Origin: Mycobacterium tuberculosis H37Rv
Lineage (GTDB): Bacteria; Actinomycetota; Actinomycetes; Mycobacteriales; Mycobacteriaceae
Assembly (NCBI RefSeq): GCF_000195955.2
Contig: NC_000962.3
Coordinates: 3,420,001-3,452,000, forward strand
Direction: 5' to 3'
DNA length: 32,000 nt
In this document: positions 1 through 7,242 of the stretch, one piece after another
How positions within the stretch are numbered: position 1 is the first letter of the stretch
How the letters are laid out: each line of letters opens with the position of its first letter
The notes under the pieces: model-generated
The model's input: only the letters and a program-made list of their open reading frames with translations
Told to the model about the DNA's origin: nothing
Database searches by the model: none
Position numbers and translations under genes: made by a program

Positions 1-1
1 G

Positions 2-970
2 GTCGTCTCGCGGGTGGTCGCCGACGACTGGGTCGTCAACGACGCACGCTTCCTTGTCTATCCGGCCATGAAGGCGCTCACGCTTGACATCGCCTCGATG
101 GTCTTCATGGGCCACGAACCCGGCACCGATCACGAACTGGTCACCAAGGTGAACAAGGCGTTCACGATTACCACCCGTGCCGGCAACGCGGTGATCCGCA
201 CCAGCGTGCCACCGTTCACCTGGTGGCGAGGACTGCGAGCACGCGAGCTGCTGGAAAACTACTTCACCGCCCGAGTCAAAGAGCGCCGCGAAGCGTCGGG
301 CAACGACCTGCTGACGGTGTTGTGCCAGACCGAAGACGACGACGGCAACCGGTTCTCCGACGCCGACATCGTCAACCACATGATCTTCTTGATGATGGCC
401 GCCCACGATACCTCGACGTCAACGGCCACGACGATGGCCTACCAGCTGGCCGCCCACCCGGAATGGCAGCAGCGCTGCCGCGACGAATCGGACCGGCATG
501 GCGATGGGCCGCTCGACATCGAATCCCTAGAGCAGCTGGAATCGCTCGACCTGGTGATGAACGAGTCGATCCGGTTGGTGACGCCGGTCCAGTGGGCGAT
601 GCGGCAGACGGTGCGCGATACCGAACTGCTGGGCTACTACCTACCCAAGGGCACCAACGTGATCGCATACCCAGGGATGAATCATCGCCTGCCGGAAATC
701 TGGACAGACCCGCTGACATTCGACCCGGAACGGTTTACCGAGCCGCGCAACGAGCACAAGCGGCACCGCTATGCGTTCACGCCGTTCGGCGGCGGCGTGC
801 ACAAGTGCATCGGGATGGTGTTCGACCAATTGGAGATAAAGACGATCCTGCACCGGCTGCTGCGCCGCTACCGGCTGGAGCTGTCCCGTCCCGACTACCA
901 GCCCCGCTGGGACTACAGTGCCATGCCGATCCCGATGGACGGGATGCCGATCGTGCTGCGTCCCAGGTAG
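2..970 (+). CDS. cyp136: Cytochrome P450, C-terminal ~322 codons (5' end lies upstream of the window)
   Basis: The frame is open from the window edge to TAG at 968-970. It carries the heme-thiolate loop FTPFGGGVHKCIG (FxxGxxxCxG), an ExxR motif (ESIR) and an I-helix-like MAAHDTS. Its position relative to neighbours fits my recollection of Rv3059. Confidence 0.9.
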   Translation, partial: VVSRVVADDWVVNDARFLVYPAMKALTLDIASMVFMGHEPGTDHELVTKVNKAFTITTRAGNAVIRTSVPPFTWWRGLRARELLENYFTARVKERREASGNDLLTVLCQTEDDDGNRFSDADIVNHMIFLMMAAHDTSTSTATTMAYQLAAHPEWQQRCRDESDRHGDGPLDIESLEQLESLDLVMNESIRLVTPVQWAMRQTVRDTELLGYYLPKGTNVIAYPGMNHRLPEIWTDPLTFDPERFTEPRNEHKRHRYAFTPFGGGVHKCIGMVFDQLEIKTILHRLLRRYRLELSRPDYQPRWDYSAMPIPMDGMPIVLRPR

Positions 971-1044
971 GCCCTCTTCGGCGGATTCCGCCAATCCACC
1001 GGTGCCGCAGATGAAAGTGCCAGTGCGCAGCCCGCACCCACTTT

Positions 1045-1090
1045 CGACCCGCGGCGGGAGTCGGTCTGGATCAGATCCCGCCGCGGGTCG
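1045..1090 (+). terminator. Candidate factor-independent terminator hairpin downstream of the P450 gene (perfect 15-bp stem, 16-nt loop, no U-tract)
   Basis: CGACCCGCGGCGGGA (1045-1059) is the exact reverse complement of TCCCGCCGCGGGTCG (1076-1090). The hairpin lies 75 nt after the cyp136 stop. No T-run follows, which is common for mycobacterial terminators. Confidence 0.4.
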
Positions 1091-1277
1091 CGCGAATGGT
1101 CAGCGTCGCTATCGTGCGCCGACGGTGCAAGCCCTTTCGACTTCTATGACGACCGTTTGAATTTGGACGTCCCCTGTTGCAGAAAACCCTCGCTGCGGTG
1201 GAACCTGGCGATAGCATCTGATGACGGTGTGGAAACCGCGGAATATGGGTGTGCTCCAGCGACGAAAGGCTCAATCG

Positions 1278-1430
1278 ATGAGCGCGACTAAAAGCAAGGG
1301 TTTGCGGGCGTTTCAGACACTGGTCGCGGCGCTGGCTGCGGTAGTTGCAGTACTAGCAGCGGGCTGCGCTACCCAGCGCGTTCCCACGGTTCTGCCGGAA
1401 TCGGAGTTAATTCCTCAAAGCCTCGGTTAG
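1278..1430 (+). CDS. Putative miniature lipoprotein, 50 aa (30-aa signal peptide with lipobox LAAG|C, 21-aa mature peptide)
   Basis: ATG at 1278 is preceded by GAAAGG 8 nt upstream. The peptide has a basic n-region (KSKGLR), a hydrophobic h-region (TLVAALAAVVAVLAA) and a lipobox Cys at residue 30. It is a paralogue of the next ORF. GC3 is lower than in neighbouring genes by hand count. Confidence 0.45.
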   Translation: MSATKSKGLRAFQTLVAALAAVVAVLAAGCATQRVPTVLPESELIPQSLG

Positions 1431-1499
1431 CTGCTCTGCGACCTCGCCGGACGGGTGCAGCGCAACCACGCACATGCAGGAGCAAGAAGGGCGCGACCG

Positions 1500-1640
1500 A
1501 TGATCGCAAAAGGCAACAGGCGGATCCGGGTAGGGCAATTGCTGGGCGCAGCACTGGTCGCTGCTTTTGCCCTGACAGCGGTGGGATGCACAATCCAGAT
1601 GCCTCAGCCACCTCTCCCGCAGCAGGAGTTAAGGCGGTAG
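1500..1640 (+). CDS. Putative miniature lipoprotein, 46 aa (30-aa signal peptide with lipobox LTAVG|C, 17-aa Pro/Gln-rich mature peptide)
   Basis: ATG at 1500 is preceded by AAGAAGG 9 nt upstream. The peptide has a basic n-region (KGNRRIR), an h-region (LLGAALVAAFALTAV) and Cys at residue 30. DNA-level similarity to the 1278 ORF appears at the start (cgATGAnCGC..AAnGCAA) and in the 3' flank (GGAGTTAA, GCCTCnGnTAGCTGCT), with ~222-227 bp spacing. Confidence 0.45.
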   Translation: MIAKGNRRIRVGQLLGAALVAAFALTAVGCTIQMPQPPLPQQELRR

Positions 1641-1740
1641 GTCCGGCCTCAGGGTAGCTGCTAACTACCCGATGGGGCAGTCACGTCGCCGTCGGGCACG
1701 GTGCGGACGAGCGCGGACACACTCATCCGTACTTTGGTGC

Positions 1741-3213
1741 TTAGAGCCACCAGGAAGCGGCAGCGTCCAGATGGCGGCGGGTGCGGCAACGGGCCAGGCT
1801 GTCGTCACCAGAGCCGATCGCTTCGAGAATCCGTACGTGGGCATGTCCCACAGCGACCACGTCGCTCCATGTCGGCAGCGCCTGCTCTGTGCTCGACAAG
1901 TGCCGGCGGAACAGCTCGACCAGTATCAGCAGGAACAGATCCAGCATCGTATTGCCGGCCGCTCGCGCCAGTCCGACGTGGAACCGAAACTCCTCGACGG
2001 CGGCCGCGCGTACATCGTCGGTGGGGTTATCCAACCTCGGCCGCCCCAGCGTATCGAGGAAGGACGCAACCTCAGGTTCGCTGCGGCGCTTGACAACTTT
2101 CGCGACATTGTCGATCTCGATGGCATCCCGGACGCACCGTAGGTCTTCGCGGCTCGGCTTGCGGTACTGCAGATAGAGCGCGATGGTGTCGATGCTGGCT
2201 TGTGGCTGGGGGGTGGTGACGACCAACCCGCCGCCGGGTCCGCGGCGCATGTGCGCGATCGCGTGATATTCCAGCAGCCGCACCGCTTCCCGAAGCACCG
2301 CGCGGCTCACCTGGTAGCGTTCCAACAGCGCTGTCTCGGTCCCGAAGACCGACCCGACCTGCCAGCCGCTGGCGGCGATATCGTCGCCAATGGTGGCCGC
2401 CAACACCTCGGCCAGCTTGCCGCGGGGCGCGCCCAGGATCAGCTGCTGGGCCCGGCGCGGCTCACGCGCCCGGCCCCCGTTGCGGACGGCCGCATCGTTG
2501 CCGCGCTGGTGCTGCTGCAGCCAGCCGGCTACCGCCTCAACGTGTCGTTCGCTTAAGGTTTTGGCCCACGCCGAATCACCCGCCGTGACGGCCGCGACGA
2601 TATCGGAATGTTCGTTGTGCACTTGACCGGCCGCCTCGACGGCCTCACCTGCGGATTGGGTACCTGACTTCTGGACGTATCGCTTGGTCAGCCGCATCAA
2701 GATGTCGATAAACAGCTGTAGGACAGGGTTTTTCGATTGCTCCGCGAGCACGCGGTAAAACTGCTCAGGCGGCGGGGGCAAACCGGGCCGCCACCGTTCC
2801 TCTGCGCGCAAGACCGCTCGCAGCCTTTCGATGCCGGGTTCGTCGATATGCTCTGCGGCAAGAGAGGCCGCCAAGGGTTCGAGCACCAGACGCGCGCCGA
2901 GCAAGTCACCGATGGTGGTGCCCAGGTATTCGAGATAGATGACCACGGCGCGGGTAGCGGGCCCGGCATTTGGCTCGCAGATGAACAGCCCGCCGTTCGG
3001 TCCACGACGCATTCTTGCCACCTGATGGTGCTCAACCAGACGCACAGCTTCGCGCAGCACCGATCGACTCACGCAAAAGCGTTGCTGCAAAGCGCTTTCC
3101 GAACCCAAGGATGCTCCGATCGGCCAGCCGCGGCGGACGATGTCCGCCTCGATGCGGCGGGCGATCTTCGACGCTCGCTTGTCCGTCCAGACCGCGTCCG
3201 GCTCGGTGCTCAT
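1741..3213 (-). CDS. GntR/FadR-family transcriptional regulator with two complete tandem HTH + FCD-like modules (490 aa)
   Basis: The 490-codon ORF starts at ATG 3213. Two GntR winged-HTH signatures occur about 250 aa apart: aa 16-81 (..SESALQQRFCVSRSVLREAVRLVEHHQVARMRRGPNGGLFI) and aa 266-335 (..TETALLERYQVSRAVLREAVRLLEYHAIAHMRRGPGGGLVV). Each is followed by a helical ligand-domain-like region. It fits Rv3060c by position. Confidence 0.9.
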   Translation of the reverse strand: MSTEPDAVWTDKRASKIARRIEADIVRRGWPIGASLGSESALQQRFCVSRSVLREAVRLVEHHQVARMRRGPNGGLFICEPNAGPATRAVVIYLEYLGTTIGDLLGARLVLEPLAASLAAEHIDEPGIERLRAVLRAEERWRPGLPPPPEQFYRVLAEQSKNPVLQLFIDILMRLTKRYVQKSGTQSAGEAVEAAGQVHNEHSDIVAAVTAGDSAWAKTLSERHVEAVAGWLQQHQRGNDAAVRNGGRAREPRRAQQLILGAPRGKLAEVLAATIGDDIAASGWQVGSVFGTETALLERYQVSRAVLREAVRLLEYHAIAHMRRGPGGGLVVTTPQPQASIDTIALYLQYRKPSREDLRCVRDAIEIDNVAKVVKRRSEPEVASFLDTLGRPRLDNPTDDVRAAAVEEFRFHVGLARAAGNTMLDLFLLILVELFRRHLSSTEQALPTWSDVVAVGHAHVRILEAIGSGDDSLARCRTRRHLDAAASWWL

Positions 3214-3219
3214 TTCAAT

Positions 3220-3229
3220 AGAGTGTACT
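3220..3229 (-). promoter_or_regulatory. Candidate promoter/operator element AGAGTGTACT (minus-strand reading AGTACACTCT, contains TACACT -10-like hexamer) just upstream of the GntR gene
   Basis: The element lies 7 nt upstream of the ATG at 3213. A 9/10 identical copy (AGAGTATACT) sits upstream of fadE22 at 5483-5492. The AGTnnACT core is a GT..AC type dyad, as used by GntR-family proteins. Confidence 0.3.
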
Positions 3230-3261
3230 GTATTGGCTGAGTCAAGGGCGCGAGCTGGGCC

Positions 3262-5427
3262 CTAGCTAATCAGGGGATCACGCGGCATGCCCAGGATCCG
3301 CTCGGCAATCTGATTGCGGGTCACCTCCGACGTGCCGCCGGCGATCGCCATGCCACGGGCGCCCATCACCGTTCGGCCAATCACCCTGCCGGGGCCGTCC
3401 AGCAACGCAATCTCGGGCCCCCATAGCGCGGCCGCGATGGCGGCGCCCTCGATCATGTGCTCTGCCACTTTGAGCTTGGTGATGTTGCCCTCCGGACCAG
3501 GGCCGGCTCCTTCGACGCTGCGAGCGGCACGGCGCAGGTTCAGCAGCCGCAGTGCGTGATCCTCTGCGAGGAAAGCGCCGACTCGAATTGGGGCGCCCGC
3601 AAACGCATCTGACCGCCGCTGGACCAATTGCACCAGCTTCGCCGCCATTGCTTCGTAGTACGAGCCACTGCCGCCGATGCTGACCCGCTCGTTGCCCAGC
3701 GTTGCCCGCGCCACCGTCCACCCGGAGTTCGGCGCCCCGACAACGTCCTCATCGGGGACGAAGACATCGTTGAAGAACACCTCGTTGAATTCCGAGTCGC
3801 CGGTGATCTGCCGCAGCGGCCGCACCTCGACACCGGGGGCCAACATGTCGATGATCACCGTGGTGATGCCAGCGTGTTTGGGGGCATCCGGATCGGTACG
3901 CACGGTAGCCAGGCCACGCGCGCAGTACTGCGCTCCGCTGGTCCACACCTTTTGCCCGTTGATCTTCCAGCCGCCCTCCACCCGAGTTGCGCGGGTCTTG
4001 ACCGAGGCCGCGTCAGACCCCGCGTCAGGTTCGGAGAACAGTTGGCACCATATCTCCTGCTGGCGCAGCGCTTTCTCGACGAATCTTTCAATCTGCCAAG
4101 GCGTTCCGTGCTGAATCAGCGTCAAGATCACCCACCCGGTGATCGAGTAATCCGGGCGCTCGATGCCCGCCGCGCTGAACTCTTCCTCGATCACCAACTG
4201 CTCCACCGCGCCCGCGGCACGACCCCACGGCCTGGGCCAATGCGGCATCACATAGCCCGTCTCGATCAGCTTGTCGCGCTGTGCATCCTTTTCCAGAGCA
4301 GCGATTTCAGCGGCGTCCGAACGGATGCGGGCGCGCAGCTCCTCGGCCTGTGCCGGCAGGTCCAAGCTGATCGCCCGGGTAACGCCAGCCGCGGTGCGCT
4401 CGAAAACGTCTCGGACGGGCGCATCACCGCCGAACAATCCCACGGTCACCAACGCCCGGCGCAGATGCAGATGCGCGTCATGCTCCCAGGTAAAGCCAAT
4501 ACCGCCGTGCACCTGGATGTTGAGCTCGGCATTGCGTGCATAGGCCGGAAACGCCAGGGCCGCAGCGACCGCGGCGGCCAGCCGAAACTGCTCCTCATCC
4601 TCTGCTGCCGCACGCGCGGCATCCCAGACCGCGGCGATCGCCGACTCGGCGGCCACCAGCATGTTCGCGCAGTGATGCTTCACCGCTTGAAACGTGGCGA
4701 TGGTACGGCCGAATTGCTGTCGCACCTTGGCATAGGCCACGGCGCTGTCCACGCAGTCGGCCGCCCCACCGACGGCCTCGGCGGCCAGCAATGTGCGCGC
4801 GCGGGCCAAAGCCGATTCATACGCACCAAGCAGGATGTCGTCGGTCGTGACGCGCACGTTGTCCAGGCGCACGCGGCCACTCCGCCGGGTCGGATCAAAG
4901 TTTTCCGGCACATCAACCGAGACGCCCTTGCGGCCGCGTTCCAACACCAGCACGTCGTCACCGGCGGCAACCAACAGCAGCTCGGCAAGCCCGGCGCCCA
5001 ACACGATTCCCGCCTCACCGTCGGCAACACCGTCGGTAACCTGCACCTGACTATCCAGTCCCACACCCGCCGTCAGGGTTCCGTCAATCAGCGCCGGCAA
5101 CAGCCGTGCCCGTTGGTCATCAGTACCTTCTTTGGCGACCACCGCTGAGGCGATCACGGTCGGCACAAACAGCCCCGGTGCCACCGCACGACCGAGCTCT
5201 TCGATCACCACCACAAGCTCGGACAGGCCATAGCCAGAGCCACCGTGTCGCTCGTCGATATGCAGGCCGAGCCAGCCCAGCTCGGCGAGGTTCTGCCAGA
5301 ACGGCGGGCGGGCGTCCCCCGCCGCGTCCAGTGATGCACGCGCCGCCCAGCGCACCTTCTGCGAAGTCAAGAACGCGCGAGCCACCCCGGAGAGCTCGCG
5401 ATGGTCGTCGGTCAATGCAATACCCAT
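3262..5427 (-). CDS. fadE22: Acyl-CoA dehydrogenase with two fused ACAD-like halves (721 aa)
   Basis: The long ORF has its ATG at 5427, 5 nt after AGGAGG; the track start at 5430 is a TTG one codon upstream. The N-terminal half is ACAD-like and ends in ..VHGGIGFTWEHDAHLHLRRA. The C-terminal half is ACAD-like, with ..FSEPDAGSD.., ..KVWTSGA.. and the catalytic-base region IAGGTSEVTRNQIAERILG. Confidence 0.9.
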   Translation of the reverse strand: MGIALTDDHRELSGVARAFLTSQKVRWAARASLDAAGDARPPFWQNLAELGWLGLHIDERHGGSGYGLSELVVVIEELGRAVAPGLFVPTVIASAVVAKEGTDDQRARLLPALIDGTLTAGVGLDSQVQVTDGVADGEAGIVLGAGLAELLLVAAGDDVLVLERGRKGVSVDVPENFDPTRRSGRVRLDNVRVTTDDILLGAYESALARARTLLAAEAVGGAADCVDSAVAYAKVRQQFGRTIATFQAVKHHCANMLVAAESAIAAVWDAARAAAEDEEQFRLAAAVAAALAFPAYARNAELNIQVHGGIGFTWEHDAHLHLRRALVTVGLFGGDAPVRDVFERTAAGVTRAISLDLPAQAEELRARIRSDAAEIAALEKDAQRDKLIETGYVMPHWPRPWGRAAGAVEQLVIEEEFSAAGIERPDYSITGWVILTLIQHGTPWQIERFVEKALRQQEIWCQLFSEPDAGSDAASVKTRATRVEGGWKINGQKVWTSGAQYCARGLATVRTDPDAPKHAGITTVIIDMLAPGVEVRPLRQITGDSEFNEVFFNDVFVPDEDVVGAPNSGWTVARATLGNERVSIGGSGSYYEAMAAKLVQLVQRRSDAFAGAPIRVGAFLAEDHALRLLNLRRAARSVEGAGPGPEGNITKLKVAEHMIEGAAIAAALWGPEIALLDGPGRVIGRTVMGARGMAIAGGTSEVTRNQIAERILGMPRDPLIS

Positions 5428-5482
5428 CAAGGCCTCCTAGCGGCACTACCGGACCCACATAGCCCCCAGGCGGTATTGGTAA

Positions 5483-5492
5483 AGAGTATACT
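5483..5492 (-). promoter_or_regulatory. Candidate promoter/operator element AGAGTATACT (minus-strand AGTATACTCT, contains TATACT -10-like hexamer) upstream of fadE22, in the fadE22/ligB divergent region
   Basis: The element lies 56 nt upstream of the fadE22 ATG. Its AGTATACT core is a perfect 8-bp palindrome. It is 9/10 identical to the element at 3220-3229. Confidence 0.3.
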
Positions 5493-5583
5493 AATTGTCT
5501 GTCGCGGCCGCGAGACACGGCTTGCTCGGGCACGCCAGCCTTGCCCTCGCCAACGATGTCGGCGAGACATGCCAAGCTGAACC

Positions 5584-7107
5584 GTGCTCCTTCACGACGT
5601 GGCCATCACCTCAATGGACGTGGCCGCCACCTCGTCGCGGCTGACCAAGGTCGCGCGCATCGCCGCCCTGTTGCACCGCGCCGCGCCAGACACACAGCTG
5701 GTCACGATCATCGTGTCGTGGCTCTCCGGCGAGCTGCCGCAACGCCATATCGGTGTCGGGTGGGCGGCATTGCGGTCCCTACCGCCGCCCGCGCCGCAAC
5801 CGGCGTTGACCGTCACCGGTGTCGACGCCACCCTCTCTAAGATCGGCACTCTACCGGGCAAAGGGTCTCAGGCGCAGCGCGCGGCACTCGTTGCGGAATT
5901 GTTCTCCGCCGCAACCGAAGCTGAGCAAACCTTTTTGTTGCGACTGCTCGGCGGTGAACTGCGCCAGGGCGCAAAGGGCGGGATCATGGCCGATGCGGTC
6001 GCCCAGGCCGCCGGGCTCCCGGCCGCGACGGTCCAACGCGCCGCGATGCTAGGCGGCGACCTGGCGGCAGCGGCGGCGGCCGGCCTGTCCGGCGCGGCGC
6101 TGGACACCTTCACCCTGCGAGTGGGCCGACCGATAGGCCCGATGCTGGCACAGACCGCGACCAGCGTCCATGATGCACTCGAACGTCACGGCGGCACAAC
6201 CATTTTCGAGGCTAAACTAGACGGCGCGCGAGTGCAGATCCACCGGGCAAACGACCAGGTCAGGATCTACACCCGAAGCCTGGACGACGTCACTGCCCGG
6301 CTGCCCGAGGTGGTGGAGGCAACACTGGCACTGCCGGTCCGGGATCTAGTGGCCGACGGCGAGGCGATCGCGCTGTGCCCGGACAACCGGCCGCAGCGTT
6401 TCCAGGTCACCGCATCACGGTTCGGCCGATCGGTCGATGTTGCGGCTGCCCGCGCGACGCAGCCACTTTCGGTGTTCTTCTTCGACATCCTGCATCGGGA
6501 TGGTACCGACTTGCTCGAAGCGCCGACCACCGAGCGGCTGGCCGCCCTGGACGCACTGGTGCCGGCTCGGCACCGCGTGGACCGGCTGATCACGTCCGAT
6601 CCAACGGACGCGGCCAACTTCCTGGATGCGACGCTGGCCGCCGGCCACGAGGGGGTGATGGCCAAGGCACCGGCCGCTCGTTACCTTGCGGGTCGCCGCG
6701 GAGCGGGCTGGCTGAAGGTCAAGCCGGTGCACACACTCGACTTGGTGGTGCTCGCGGTGGAATGGGGCTCGGGACGCCGGCGCGGCAAGCTCTCCAATAT
6801 TCACCTGGGCGCACGCGATCCGGCTACCGGTGGATTCGTGATGGTGGGCAAGACCTTCAAAGGAATGACCGACGCCATGCTGGACTGGCAGACCACCAGG
6901 TTTCACGAGATCGCGGTGGGTCCGACAGACGGCTACGTCGTCCAACTTAGGCCCGAGCAGGTGGTCGAGGTAGCCCTCGACGGCGTGCAAAGGTCGTCGC
7001 GCTACCCGGGCGGGCTGGCATTGCGGTTTGCCCGCGTGGTGCGCTACCGCGCCGACAAGGACCCGGCCGAGGCCGACACCATCGATGCCGTGCGCGCGCT
7101 CTACTGA
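5584..7107 (+). CDS. ligB: ATP-dependent DNA ligase (507 aa)
   Basis: The ORF starts at GTG 5584. Adenylation motif I is KLDGAR (..[13 protein letters not shown]..). Downstream motifs include EGVMAK and WLKVKP, typical of ATP-dependent ligases. Confidence 0.92.
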
Positions 7108-7242
7108 TCGCACGGCGAGAGTGACTCCTGCGACGGGACACGCCGGCTGGGCGTCGCCAGATTCACGCTCGTCGACCAAGCGGGCGGGACAAGCAGCTGC
7201 AAGGATCAACGGAGATCGCACCCGTGATTGAGGGAGGTGACG

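Noticed and set aside
1652-1670. Small hairpin GGGTAG-CTGCTAA-CTACCC after the second mini-lipoprotein ORF
   Set aside because: It has only a 6-bp stem. Part of it belongs to the duplicated 3' flank motif (TAGCTGCT) shared with the first unit, so it is better explained by the tandem duplication than as a terminator.
3628-5148. 506-codon plus-strand ORF opposite fadE22, plus the nested ORFs at 3677-4114, 4271-4543 and 4536-4850
   Set aside because: It is antisense to a well-supported acyl-CoA dehydrogenase. The product is Arg/Pro/His-rich with no recognisable domain. It is a shadow ORF caused by GC3 bias of the true gene.
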